Shown in pieces: positions 1-10,025 of a stretch of DNA of 64,000 bases; position 1 is the first letter of the stretch, and every line of letters begins with the position of its first letter. Both the position numbers and the translations under genes were made by a program. This stretch comes from Thermovirgaceae bacterium (GTDB lineage Bacteria > Synergistota > Synergistia > Synergistales > Thermovirgaceae): NCBI GenBank assembly GCA_040767805.1, contig JAXGNU010000001.1, positions 64,001 to 128,000 on the forward strand, read 5' to 3'. The notes below the pieces were generated by a model. The model was not told the origin of the DNA. It saw only the letters and a program-made list of their open reading frames with translations, and did not search any database.

Positions 1-1
1 C

Positions 2-154
2 GGTAACAGGGTGAGTCACTCTAACCGTCACTCTAGGAGGACCTGGGGCGTCAACCTTCAGACTGTAAAGGTCGACCTCGGCGGCGGCGAATCGCGGAGG
101 ATGAAGATCTGCGCGAAATGCCTCCGTTCAGGAAGGGTCAGGAGGGCCGTCTAG
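2..154 (+). CDS. rpmB: 50S ribosomal protein L28 (3' part, truncated by window edge)
   Basis: Manual translation of frame +2: GNRVSHSNRHSRRTWGVNLQTVKV...MKICAKCLRSGRVRRAV*, typical L28 motifs; absent from the ORF track. Confidence 0.95.
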   Translation, partial: GNRVSHSNRHSRRTWGVNLQTVKVDLGGGESRRMKICAKCLRSGRVRRAV

Positions 155-912
155 TTTCGGCCCTTCTGCTTTTGCTCCCGCTCGGCATATTCACGGGTCG
201 CCCAATAGATGCCGAGCCAGCCCGAGGAGAGACTCACCTCCACAGCGGCCTCGGCGACGTTGCTGACAGCGAAGGGTTTCTTCAGGTAGAGACTCCCCTC
301 CCCAATAGTCCATTTGGTTCCAGCCATCCTTACCCCGAGGCATTTCTCCGAAAGCGCCAGTGTTGAAAAGATCCCCCCTTTTTCCAGGCCCGACAGGCGG
401 AGCCTCTCACCGCCTTTTAAGATGAAGAGGGCCTCGGATCCATCGGCCACGCAGCGAACCTTCATCCCCCATTCCTCTTCCGCCCAGATAAGGGAGTAGA
501 GGTTGGCGAAAAGGTGATCGAACCGTCCCCCGAAAGCTCCCGTCAGGATGGCGGTGCATCCCCGCCTTCCATTCGGGCCGCGGCAAGTTCTACCGGCCTC
601 CTTCAGGGCAAGCTGGAGGTCCGTGAGGTACTTTTCAGGCGAGTAAAGGAGAGAAGGTATTTTCCCCTCCCGGGACCATTGCCGGGCCTCCTCCGAAACG
701 CTGTCGTTGTCACCAATGAAAAAGGAGGGCCTTATGCCCGCCGCCATGCAAGGGTCGAGCCCGCGGTCCACCGCCCAAACATCCTTTTCCCTGCACAACT
801 CTCTCAACCAGGAAGGCCCTGGCGTCCTCCCCCCCGCCACGAACACTATAGAAGGGAGCTCGAAGGGCGGCGTAAATTGGGCCTTGAGTTGGGGGAGGGA
901 GATCAACGTCAT
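151..912 (-). CDS. thiN: Thiamine pyrophosphokinase
   Basis: AVDRG, IGDNDS, EKYLTDLQLAL, GAFGGRFDH and C-terminal VSN motifs. Confidence 0.88.
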   Translation of the reverse strand: MTLISLPQLKAQFTPPFELPSIVFVAGGRTPGPSWLRELCREKDVWAVDRGLDPCMAAGIRPSFFIGDNDSVSEEARQWSREGKIPSLLYSPEKYLTDLQLALKEAGRTCRGPNGRRGCTAILTGAFGGRFDHLFANLYSLIWAEEEWGMKVRCVADGSEALFILKGGERLRLSGLEKGGIFSTLALSEKCLGVRMAGTKWTIGEGSLYLKKPFAVSNVAEAAVEVSLSSGWLGIYWATREYAEREQKQKGRN

Positions 913-927
913 CGGGTTACCATCTCC

Positions 928-3156
928 TCAAAGGTTGTTGGTGCTAGCCTCGAGGATCTGCCTAGCTTCTTCCTCGTCAACGAGGATATCCCTCGGTTTC
1001 GACCCTTCCTGGGGTCCCACGATACCCACCTGCTCCAGGGTATCGATCAGCCTAGCCGCCCTGGTAAAACCTATCCTCAACTGGCGCTGGAGCCGGCTGG
1101 CCGAGGCGATACCGCTCTGTAGTATCAGGCCCATGGCGTCCTCCAGGAGGGGGTCGTCGAGATGCGCTTTCACTCCATTCGTCTCCCCCGTGTCCTCCAT
1201 ATCGATGTCCAAAAAGACAGGGTCGCCGAAGAGGGTCGAAAGGTAATCCATAAAACGCACCATCACGAGCTCGTCCATCCAGGGCGACTGGATCCTGAGC
1301 GGTTTGGGAAGCCTGGGGGTGAGGAAGAGCATGTCTCCGCTGCCGAGGAGCCTTTCGGCCCCGGAAATATCGATGATGGTCCTCGAGTCCGTCTGGGAAG
1401 GCAACTCGAAGGCCACCCTTGCCGGGATGTTGGCCTTGATGAGGCCGGTCACGACGTTCACCGAAGGCCTCTGGGTGGCGATGATCAGGTGGATGCCCGT
1501 GGCCCGGGCCATCTGGGCCAACCGGCAGATGTAATCCTCCACTTCCCGGGGCGATGTGAACATCAGGTCGGCCAGTTCATCGATCACGATGATGATATAG
1601 GGGAGTCGATCCAGGGGTAGCGCTCTCGCGTTGAAGGCCCTGATATTTCTCACCCTGGCCTGGGCGAACATTTCGTACCTACGCTCCATCTCCCTGATCG
1701 TCCATCCCAGCGCGTGAACAGCCTGTCGCGATTCGACGACGGGCGGGGTTACGTTGTGAGGGAGGCGGTCGAAGATCTTCATCTCGACCCTTTTGGGGTC
1801 TATCAGGAGGAAACGTAGTTCTTCGGGTCTCATGCGACAGGCCAGGGCGGCGATGCAGCAGGAAACAAAGACGCTCTTCCCTGAACCGGTCGTCCCGGCG
1901 ATCAGCAGGTGGGGCATTTTTTCAAGGCCGATGGTCAGGTGGCGACCGTCCACGCCGACCCCGACGGGTATGGCTAGGTCGCAGTCGGCCTCCTGGAAGG
2001 AGGGGTGATCCAGCACGGTCCTGATATTCACCGGTTTTCTTTCGGGGTTGGGGACCTCTATGCCGATAAAGGTCTTCCCCGGAATAGGCGCCTCGATCCT
2101 GAGGCTTGGGACGGCCAGGGAGACGGCCAGGTCGTTGGCAAGGCTTGACACCCTGCTGACCTTGATGCCGGGCGCGAGTTGGATCCTGTACTGGATGACC
2201 GTGGGCCCGACGACGGTCTCGGCCAGTTCGGCCGTGATGCCGAACTCATCCAGGGTTTCAATGATGCTTTCTCCCTGTTCAGAGAGCTGTCCCTTGTCCA
2301 GGCTGAAGGAAAAATCGTCGGGAGGGCCGAAGACGTCCAGGGGAACGGGGAAAGGGAGTTCCTGCCCGGGTGGGACTTTCGGGAAGGTGCCGGCCTTGTC
2401 CGGTGAATCCTCATCGGCCATCGTATCGGGGATATCGATCTGACCCGGGACTGCCTTGGAGCGGATCCCAGGTTTTTTCCCGTCGGACTTCGGCTCGGCC
2501 CGCCTCACTCCCCTTCTCGGTTCCGACGGTGGAATCACTGTTTTTCCCGGGCCCGTTCGGTGCGGGGACATTAAGACATTTCCGAAAGCCTTGAGGACGC
2601 GGGAAAGGAAAGAGGCCGCCTTCATCATACTCTTCTTGTTGATGATCCCATAAAGTGTCAAGGCTGCACCGATGCCGCCAAACCCGGCCAGAACGGCCCC
2701 GAGAGGCCCGATGTGCCTGGTGAGGACCCCGGCCAGGAAGGACCCCACGAGGCCGGGTCCCAAAAGCGCGACCGCCGGTTCTATGCCGCTCAGGGCCGTA
2801 AGGCCAAGGAAGAGGGCGCAGCAGAGATAAAGGACTGATGAAGCAAGGGCTTGCTTCAGGGGGAAGGGTACGGGGTACCCTAGGACCCGGGAGGCACCCA
2901 GGTAAGCACCGAAGACCAGGAGGATGATGATGCCTCCGCCGAAGGTCTCCAGGGTCCAGGAATTGATCACCTCGCCGAATTCCCCGGTCCTGAAGAGGAA
3001 AAGAGTGGCCAGGAGGTACAGGTCGACCAACAGGAAGGCGAAAACGGCCATTGTGACCCAGGGCTGCTTCCTGCCCCCCTTCATGCTCCCCTTCCCGACC
3101 GGGCTTTTCGTATCGGCCTTGTCCCGGGCTTTCGGTTTCCTCCTGGTGACCTTCAT
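928..3156 (-). CDS. ftsK: FtsK/SpoIIIE DNA translocase
   Basis: N-terminal TM helices, Walker A GTTGSGKS, IDELADLM, ATQRPS, gamma domain LRIGFTRAARLID. Confidence 0.95.
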   Translation of the reverse strand: MKVTRRKPKARDKADTKSPVGKGSMKGGRKQPWVTMAVFAFLLVDLYLLATLFLFRTGEFGEVINSWTLETFGGGIIILLVFGAYLGASRVLGYPVPFPLKQALASSVLYLCCALFLGLTALSGIEPAVALLGPGLVGSFLAGVLTRHIGPLGAVLAGFGGIGAALTLYGIINKKSMMKAASFLSRVLKAFGNVLMSPHRTGPGKTVIPPSEPRRGVRRAEPKSDGKKPGIRSKAVPGQIDIPDTMADEDSPDKAGTFPKVPPGQELPFPVPLDVFGPPDDFSFSLDKGQLSEQGESIIETLDEFGITAELAETVVGPTVIQYRIQLAPGIKVSRVSSLANDLAVSLAVPSLRIEAPIPGKTFIGIEVPNPERKPVNIRTVLDHPSFQEADCDLAIPVGVGVDGRHLTIGLEKMPHLLIAGTTGSGKSVFVSCCIAALACRMRPEELRFLLIDPKRVEMKIFDRLPHNVTPPVVESRQAVHALGWTIREMERRYEMFAQARVRNIRAFNARALPLDRLPYIIIVIDELADLMFTSPREVEDYICRLAQMARATGIHLIIATQRPSVNVVTGLIKANIPARVAFELPSQTDSRTIIDISGAERLLGSGDMLFLTPRLPKPLRIQSPWMDELVMVRFMDYLSTLFGDPVFLDIDMEDTGETNGVKAHLDDPLLEDAMGLILQSGIASASRLQRQLRIGFTRAARLIDTLEQVGIVGPQEGSKPRDILVDEEEARQILEASTNNL

Positions 3157-3157
3157 A

Positions 3158-4516
3158 TCAAGCCTCGCTGCCTCCCACTACCAGTTTCCTGATCCTTATC
3201 GTCGGTTGCCCGTCGGTTACCGGGACATGCTGGCCCGACTTGCCGCATACCCCCGGTTCGTAATGAATATCATCCCCTACCGCGTCGATGTCTCTTAATA
3301 CTTCCGGGCCGTTGCCCGTGAGAGTCGCGTTCCTGACAGGGTATGATCTTTTCCCCTTCTCGATGAGGTAGCCCTCGGTGATGTGAAACACGAAATCCCC
3401 CGATGTGGGGTTGACCTCACCGCCCCCCATCTTCAACACCAGGAGTCCCCTTTCCACGCCGTCAAGGATCTCATTGGGGTCCCCTCCGCCTTTCATTATA
3501 AAGGTATTGGACATTCTTGGGATCGGTGGATGCCTGTAGGACGCTCTCCTCCCGTTACCCGTGACCGGGAAGGACCCTTCTTTCGAAGTGAGCAGATCAG
3601 TGAGGAAGGAGACGAGGATGCCCTTTTCAATGAGGACGGTCCTCCTGGAAGGGGTACCTTCATCGTCAAAGGGATAACTCCCGTAAAGTCCGAAAAGGGT
3701 CGGGTCATCGACCAGGGTGACCAGGGGTGACGCAACCCTTTCCCCCAGGGATCCCTTGAAGGAAGAATGATCTTTCAGGACGATATCGGCCTCAAGACCG
3801 TGACCGCAGGCCTCGTGGACCATGGTCCCCCCCGCCTTGCCGGCCAAAACGACCGGCATCACCGACGCGGGACAGGGTTTCGCCCGTGAGAGCAGCAAGG
3901 CCCTACGGAAGGCTTCATGGGCTACATCTTCAAGGTCTACGATCCTTAAAAATTCATCCTGGGGTAGGCTGAAAGCCTTTACCGCCCTCCCTGAAAAAAG
4001 AGAGCCATCGGCCTCTACTACGATATTGACCGAGAATCGGGTGGAAAAGTCCGACCTCCGGCACAGGGGATTCGCACTCCCGACAATGGCTACTTCCCCG
4101 ACCCCGCTGCTCCAGGCGAAGGTGGCTTGCCTGATCGAAGATGATAATTTCCGAATCGCCCGGTCCAGGTCCCGGATCCTGTCGAAGGGTGCTTCCTCAT
4201 TCATCGCCGGAAGGTGTAAAAGTGGCTTTTCACCCTTCGGCAGCGGTTTCCCCCCGGAAAGCCCGGCGCGCCTTTTCCCTTCGGCCAGCGAAAGAGCCAC
4301 CGAGGTCAGGTCGGTTCCCGATGTATAGGTGAAGCAAGTCCTGTCACCGATCACCAACCTGATCCCGGAACCTTCCGTGATCGAGGAGGAGACCTCTTCG
4401 AACTTCCCGTCGTCCATCAGGCAGAACCTGGCGAGGCCCCTTTGGATGAAGGCTTCCCCTATGGAGGTGCCGGGTATCGAAAGAGCATCGGCTACATCGA
4501 ACAGTTTATCCATCAA
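3158..4516 (-). CDS. tldD: TldD/PmbA family metalloprotease (TldD type)
   Basis: HEACGHGLEAD zinc motif, DDEG, RMSNT, CGKSGQ. Confidence 0.93.
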   Translation of the reverse strand: MMDKLFDVADALSIPGTSIGEAFIQRGLARFCLMDDGKFEEVSSSITEGSGIRLVIGDRTCFTYTSGTDLTSVALSLAEGKRRAGLSGGKPLPKGEKPLLHLPAMNEEAPFDRIRDLDRAIRKLSSSIRQATFAWSSGVGEVAIVGSANPLCRRSDFSTRFSVNIVVEADGSLFSGRAVKAFSLPQDEFLRIVDLEDVAHEAFRRALLLSRAKPCPASVMPVVLAGKAGGTMVHEACGHGLEADIVLKDHSSFKGSLGERVASPLVTLVDDPTLFGLYGSYPFDDEGTPSRRTVLIEKGILVSFLTDLLTSKEGSFPVTGNGRRASYRHPPIPRMSNTFIMKGGGDPNEILDGVERGLLVLKMGGGEVNPTSGDFVFHITEGYLIEKGKRSYPVRNATLTGNGPEVLRDIDAVGDDIHYEPGVCGKSGQHVPVTDGQPTIRIRKLVVGGSEA

Positions 4517-4542
4517 AGGTGCCCCTCCCGGCTCTCGGCTCC

Positions 4543-5580
4543 TTATCTTTGTGACGACCCGAAAGCTTTCCTGGAACGCCTGATCGCTTCGGAGTGTTCG
4601 GAAAAGGTCTTGCTGAAAAGGTGACTCCCGTCGGGCATGGCAACATAAAAGAGATAGGGCTCTTCTCCAGGTTCAAGGGAAGCCAGCCAGGACCCCTCGG
4701 AGGGAGCGCAGATCGGGGCAGGTGGGAGGCCTGCGTAAAGATAGGTGTTGTAAGGGGAATCTACCTCGAGGTCCCGGTAAAGAACTCTTTTCAGCTCCAC
4801 CCCTTTCAAAGACCAGGCGTAAACGACGGTGGCGTCTATCTGGAGTTTCATGCCCGCCGCCGAACGGTTCCGGATCACCGCCGCGATCAGGGGTCTTTCA
4901 CGCTGTTGCTTCGCCTCCCTTTCGACCAGGGAGGCTACTATGGCCTTTTCCAGGAGGAGCGCTCCCCCGGCCCCGGCGTCGGAGACCCGTTTCCCGATCC
5001 TTTCCATCCAGAGCGCCGACGCGGCCATGACCAGTTCGTCCATGTTGCCCTCGAAGGGTGTCACGCTGTAGGTCTCGGGCAGGAGAAAGGCGATCCTGGG
5101 CCGCGCTTCCCGGGGCAGGAGGGGACGGAGGCCTTTAGGAAAAAGTTCGTCCTTCTCGAGGGCGTCTTTGAAGGTTTCTCCAAGCCTGGCGATGAGGGTT
5201 TCAAAGGTTTCCCCCGGGAAAAGGGTTATCCCGGACACCTCCGGTTCCGCCAGGACCATCTGCCGGGCGATCTCCCAGGGGGATCCCCCGCGGATCCGGT
5301 ACAGTCCAGGCCTTATCCTTCTATCGATGCCTACTTTAGCGAACCATCGGGACAGTTCAGTCGGCCGGTCCGTCAGGCCTGTCGAGGCGAAGACACGGGC
5401 GATCTCCCCGGCGTTCATACCGGGGCGGACGAGGATCTCCAGGGGTTCCCCGCTGCCCATCGGGATGGCCCTGACCAGTTGTTGGGGCAGGTATTGGGTT
5501 AGGGCCCCGAAAAAGGCCAGGGATATCACCAGGAAGATGAAGTAGAGAACCTTACCGGGCACGGAACCCGTCATTTTCAA
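4543..5580 (-). CDS. mltG: Endolytic transglycosylase MltG (YceG family)
   Basis: N-terminal TM, ASLVEREA, LQIDATVVY, SPYNTY..GLPP.PI, YLFYV. Confidence 0.92.
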   Translation of the reverse strand: MKMTGSVPGKVLYFIFLVISLAFFGALTQYLPQQLVRAIPMGSGEPLEILVRPGMNAGEIARVFASTGLTDRPTELSRWFAKVGIDRRIRPGLYRIRGGSPWEIARQMVLAEPEVSGITLFPGETFETLIARLGETFKDALEKDELFPKGLRPLLPREARPRIAFLLPETYSVTPFEGNMDELVMAASALWMERIGKRVSDAGAGGALLLEKAIVASLVEREAKQQRERPLIAAVIRNRSAAGMKLQIDATVVYAWSLKGVELKRVLYRDLEVDSPYNTYLYAGLPPAPICAPSEGSWLASLEPGEEPYLFYVAMPDGSHLFSKTFSEHSEAIRRSRKAFGSSQR

Positions 5581-6212
5581 CGGGGGAGCTTCGAAGATAC
5601 GATGGCCAGGACTTTTTGGACCCCCGTTTCCAGCTCCTTGAGCTCGGACTCGACGAGGCGGAGGCTTTCCTGGACAAAAGCAGCGTCCTCGATGGAGGCC
5701 AGGTTGATCCGTGCGTTCATGGCCGCGCCCCTGGCGGCGGCGTCGGCCAGCAGCGCCGAAACGCCCGCGTCGGTGATGGCGTTCGGGTTGCCTTTCTCCG
5801 CCACGACGAGGCTGTTGGCGACCAGCTCCCCGGCGAGTTCGAGCGTTTGCAGCGGCACAAGGGTGGACTGCTTCAGCGCTTCCTGCATCGAGTTCTTCCG
5901 CCTGGTCTTTTCCTGGTCGTTATCCTTCGGCAAGGAGAGGGCCTTCATGAAAAGGTCGTAGGCTTCGCTGTCCTTCATGGCCAGATCAAGGAATTCTCCC
6001 GAAAGGGCCTTCCCTTTTTCAGCGGCCAGGGTCATTTCTTCCCGTGCCTCTTCGAAGCGGGGCCGGCCAATGGTCAGGCTGGCCACCATCTGGGTGAGGC
6101 GAGCGGCGATCGAGGCGCACAGGGCGGAGGCGGAACCTCCCCCGGGGGTGGCGCTTGAGGAACCGAGTTCCTCGAGAAAATCCTCGATGGAAAGGGATGC
6201 AATATCCTTCAT
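5577..6212 (-). CDS. Formiminotetrahydrofolate cyclodeaminase / methenyl-THF cyclohydrolase family
   Basis: TPGGGSASA, GNPNAITDAGV, NARINL; ATG at 6212 overlaps the hutI stop (ATGA). Confidence 0.9.
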   Translation of the reverse strand: MKDIASLSIEDFLEELGSSSATPGGGSASALCASIAARLTQMVASLTIGRPRFEEAREEMTLAAEKGKALSGEFLDLAMKDSEAYDLFMKALSLPKDNDQEKTRRKNSMQEALKQSTLVPLQTLELAGELVANSLVVAEKGNPNAITDAGVSALLADAAARGAAMNARINLASIEDAAFVQESLRLVESELKELETGVQKVLAIVSSKLPR

Positions 6213-7459
6213 CGGCAAAACCTCCAGTCGTCCGGTCTTTGGGCGACACACTCCCCTCTCTTGTAAACGGAGAGGACCGGGGATACCCCGCTATTATAGG
6301 CCATAATGGCAGGAGTCTCGCCGTCCAGCACAGCAAAGTCCGCCATCTTGTTCTTTTCGAGGCTGCCGCAGAAATGATCGGACTCAATGGCCTTGGCCGC
6401 ATTGAGCGTACAACCGGCCAGGGCTTCATCCACTGTCATACCCATGTTCATGACGGCCAGGCTGAAGACGAAGGGCATTGACTGGGTAAAGGATGAGCCG
6501 GGGTTGCAATCCGTGGCCAGGGCCACGGTCAGGCCGAGTTCAAGCATCTTCCTGGCGTCGGCGTAGGGTTTCCGGAGGCTGAAGGCCGTGGCCGGGAGCA
6601 GTACCGCGATCACTCCCGCCGAAGCCATTTTGGCAAGGTTTTCTTCCTTGGCGGCGAGTAGATGCTCCGCCGAGACGGCGCCAAGTTCCGCCGCGAGGGC
6701 GGCACCGCCCGTATCGACCACCTCGTCGGCGTGGACCTTCAGCTTCATGCCGTGCTTCCTGGCGGCTTCCAGGATCCTCCTGCTCTGGGGCACTGTAAAG
6801 ACGCCTTCCTCGCAGAAAACGTCGCAAAAAGGAGGATCGCACTCAGCGCTCACGACCGGTATCATCTCCCTGACCAGGAGATCGACAAAACCTTCGGGAT
6901 CTCCCTTGTAATCCGAGGGTATGGCATGGGCGCCCATGAAGGTAGGGATCACCGTGGTGGGTATCTCCCTTCCCGCCCTTTCAATGAGCCTGAGCATCCG
7001 GGTTTCAGAGTCCGTGTCCAGCCCGTAGCCGCTCTTTATCTCCACGGTGGTGGTTCCATGGGAAAGGGCGGTGAGCGCGTTCTTCTTCGTCCTTTTCAGA
7101 ATTTCCTCATCGCTCGCGGCTCTGAGTGATCGAACGGACGAAAGGATCCCGCCCCCCGAAGCGAGTATCTCCATGTAGGACACCCCGGAGAGGCGCAGGG
7201 CGAACTCCTGCTCCCTCAGTTCGGAAAAACACATGTGCGTATGGGGATCCACGAACCCCGGAACGACGCATTTACCCCCGAAGTTGACTTCCTGTTCTAC
7301 CATGGCTGTTTCGAGGTCGCGCAGGACCTCCTCCTCGGGACCGACCTTTTCAATAAAGCCGTTCCTGGCCAAGATCGCACCCTTTTCCCAGGACACGACC
7401 CTGTTCCCGGTCGCAAGGGGGGTATAGACCCGGGCCCCGCGGAAAAGTTTCATCGTCAT
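6209..7459 (-). CDS. hutI: Imidazolonepropionase
   Basis: PGFVDPHTH, EIKSGYGLD, DVFCE, HADE, SAEHL, ALATDCNPGS. Confidence 0.95.
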   Translation of the reverse strand: MTMKLFRGARVYTPLATGNRVVSWEKGAILARNGFIEKVGPEEEVLRDLETAMVEQEVNFGGKCVVPGFVDPHTHMCFSELREQEFALRLSGVSYMEILASGGGILSSVRSLRAASDEEILKRTKKNALTALSHGTTTVEIKSGYGLDTDSETRMLRLIERAGREIPTTVIPTFMGAHAIPSDYKGDPEGFVDLLVREMIPVVSAECDPPFCDVFCEEGVFTVPQSRRILEAARKHGMKLKVHADEVVDTGGAALAAELGAVSAEHLLAAKEENLAKMASAGVIAVLLPATAFSLRKPYADARKMLELGLTVALATDCNPGSSFTQSMPFVFSLAVMNMGMTVDEALAGCTLNAAKAIESDHFCGSLEKNKMADFAVLDGETPAIMAYNSGVSPVLSVYKRGECVAQRPDDWRFCR

Positions 7460-8367
7460 GGTCTGTCACCGGCCATCTCGAGAAGCCTGAGCTCAATTAT
7501 CTGCTCGGGCTCAAAATCGGCCACCTGGAGATAATGGACGGCGCTCTGGTAGATAGCCGAGGCCGGCACCATGCCGTAAATTTCGGTCTCGACGACGGGG
7601 ACGCCCCACCTTGAAGCCTCCATGCGGACCAATTCGAGGACCCTGTAGAGGGGGTCCTTTTCATGATCCACGATGTTCACGCTGACCTGCACCATTCCCT
7701 TGTCCTCCAGGGCGAGGCCGATGGCCTTGACATGGGCCAGCCCTCCCCCGGAGAACCTGATGGACTTGGCGATCTCCTTGGCGACCTCGATCCGGGTGGT
7801 GCCCAGGTTGACGTTGAAGGCCACCAAAAATTTCCTGGCACCCACCACCGTCGCCCCCGCCGTTGGGTGCAAACGGGCCTGCCCGACATCGGGTAGCCTT
7901 TGGGGTTCTTCTATGGTCTTTTTCAAACCTTCGTACTGCCCTTTCCGGACATTCTCCAGGTTCTTCCTTTCCGGTCTCGTGGCGGCCTCTTCGTAGAAAT
8001 AGACGGGGACCTCGTACTTTTCGTTCAGCCTTTTTCCGAATTCCCTGGCGATGTCGACGCATTCCTCCATGGTCACGCCCCTCAACGGGGTAAAGGGAAC
8101 CACGTCAAGGGCCCCGACCCTGGGATGCGCACCGGAATGGACGTTCATGTCGATGAGCGAAAAGGCGACTCCCGCCGACGTCATGAGAGCATCCATTATT
8201 GCATCGGGGTCGCCGGCAAGGCTGACCACGAGCCTGTTATGGTTCTCGTCGGCCCGGTGATCCAGCAAGCTGAACCCCTTCCCGTTGCGGAAGGGTTCCA
8301 CGATCTTGTCGATCACTTCTTTTCTTCTTCCTTCGCTGAAGTTTGGGACGCACTCCACTATTTTCAT
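7456..8367 (-). CDS. Glutamate formimidoyltransferase
   Basis: N-terminal VECVPNFSEGR, HNR, HPRVGALDVVPF, GARKFLVAFN. Confidence 0.95.
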   Translation of the reverse strand: MKIVECVPNFSEGRRKEVIDKIVEPFRNGKGFSLLDHRADENHNRLVVSLAGDPDAIMDALMTSAGVAFSLIDMNVHSGAHPRVGALDVVPFTPLRGVTMEECVDIAREFGKRLNEKYEVPVYFYEEAATRPERKNLENVRKGQYEGLKKTIEEPQRLPDVGQARLHPTAGATVVGARKFLVAFNVNLGTTRIEVAKEIAKSIRFSGGGLAHVKAIGLALEDKGMVQVSVNIVDHEKDPLYRVLELVRMEASRWGVPVVETEIYGMVPASAIYQSAVHYLQVADFEPEQIIELRLLEMAGDRP

Positions 8368-8434
8368 TCTCTGCCTCCGTCATCCATCGGTGCTCCGCCA
8401 AGGGGGGGCACCGGTCATTTTTTACGCCTGGAGG

Positions 8435-9967
8435 TCATTCCAGTTCCCCCGTGACCTCCTCCACAGCCTTGAGGATGCTGCGGTCCTTCATCCTGTTGAT
8501 TATCGCGTCAATCAGGGGATAGAGGATGTCGTCCTTTTCAAGGTAGGGCACTTCCTCCCGAAGCTTCTCGTAGGCTGCCCTCGTGCCGACGCCGGGGGCA
8601 AGGGGCTTCGAGAAGTCCAGACCCTGGGCGGCGAGGAGCATTTCAATGGCGAGGACCCTCCTGACATTGTCAAGGATCTCCAGGCCCTTCCTGGCCGAAA
8701 ACATCCCCATCGAAACGTGGTCCTCCTGGTTCGCCGAGGTCGGTATCGAGTCCACCGAAGAGGGGTGGGCCAGCACCTTGTTCTCCGACACAAGGGCCGC
8801 GGCGACGTACTGGGGGATCATGAAACCGCTGTTGATGCCGCTATGTTCCACCAGGAAGGGGGGGAGCCCTGAAAGTTTTCCATCCACGAGCCTGGCGGCC
8901 CTTCTCTCGGCGATGTCTCCGATCTCGGCCATGGCGATACCGAAAAAGTCCATCGCGAGGGCCACGGGTTGGCCGTGGAAGTTCCCGCCGCTGATGGCCT
9001 CACCCTCGGCCGGGAAGATCAACGGGTTGTCCGTGACGGAATTGATCTCGATCTGTATGACGTCCTGGACGTACTGGAGGGCGTCTCGGCTTGCCCCGTG
9101 GACTTGGGGTATACAGCGAAGGGAGTAGGCGTCCTGGACCCTCTCGTTTTTGTATTTCTCCATGATCTCGCTGTTCTTCGTAAGGGCTCTTACGTTCCTG
9201 GCCACCTTTTTCTGCCCCTGGTGCGGTCTCAGGTCGTGGGTCCTGGGATCGAAGGCGAAGGGAACGCCATGGAGGGCCTCCAGGGACATGGCCCCTGAAA
9301 TGTCGGCCATCTTTACAAGCGCGAGGGCTTCCCACAGCGCTACGGAGGCGACGCCTGTCATGCCGGCCGTGCCGTTGTTCATGGCGAGGCCCTCCTTGGG
9401 TCCCAGGACGATCGGCTCCAGCCCGGCGGCCCTTAGGGCCTCGGAGGTATCCATCCTCTTGCCCCGGTAAAAGACCTCACCCAGGCCGAGAAGCGCTATG
9501 CCAAGATGGGACAGCGGGCACAGGTCACCGCTGGCACCGACGGAGCCCTTGCAGGGGATAACCGGGTGTATACCGATGTTTAGGAAATCGACAAGCCTGG
9601 AAAGGGTCTGTAGGCTGATGCCGGAAAAACCCCTTATCAGGGAGTTCACCCTGAGCAGCATGATGGCCCTGACGATCTCTTCCGGGAAGGGGTCCCCCAC
9701 CCCGGAGGCGTGGCTTTTCATGAGGTTAGCCTGCAATTGCTCGCTCTGTTCCGGTGGGATGAACTGGCTGGAAAGGTCTCCGAATCCGGTGGTAACGCCG
9801 TAGATGACCCTGCTCTCCTTGGCCCAGGTACGGACCATGCCGGACCCTCTTTCCACAAAGGCCACCGCGGAGCGGTCAAGGGATACTTTTCTCCCGTCCC
9901 GGGCCACGCTTATGACATCTTCAAGCCTCAAAGAGTGGCCGTTTAACTCTATAACCGAAGACTCCAT
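8435..9967 (-). CDS. hutH: Histidine ammonia-lyase
   Basis: YGVTTGFG, MIO-forming GASGDL, QDAYSLRC, GGNFHG, NQEDHVSMG; hut context. Confidence 0.95.
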   Translation of the reverse strand: MESSVIELNGHSLRLEDVISVARDGRKVSLDRSAVAFVERGSGMVRTWAKESRVIYGVTTGFGDLSSQFIPPEQSEQLQANLMKSHASGVGDPFPEEIVRAIMLLRVNSLIRGFSGISLQTLSRLVDFLNIGIHPVIPCKGSVGASGDLCPLSHLGIALLGLGEVFYRGKRMDTSEALRAAGLEPIVLGPKEGLAMNNGTAGMTGVASVALWEALALVKMADISGAMSLEALHGVPFAFDPRTHDLRPHQGQKKVARNVRALTKNSEIMEKYKNERVQDAYSLRCIPQVHGASRDALQYVQDVIQIEINSVTDNPLIFPAEGEAISGGNFHGQPVALAMDFFGIAMAEIGDIAERRAARLVDGKLSGLPPFLVEHSGINSGFMIPQYVAAALVSENKVLAHPSSVDSIPTSANQEDHVSMGMFSARKGLEILDNVRRVLAIEMLLAAQGLDFSKPLAPGVGTRAAYEKLREEVPYLEKDDILYPLIDAIINRMKDRSILKAVEEVTGELE

Positions 9968-10025
9968 GAAGGATCACCCCCCGCGACGTGTTCAAAACCT
10001 TTCCGCCAACAGAGTATATCGTAAA

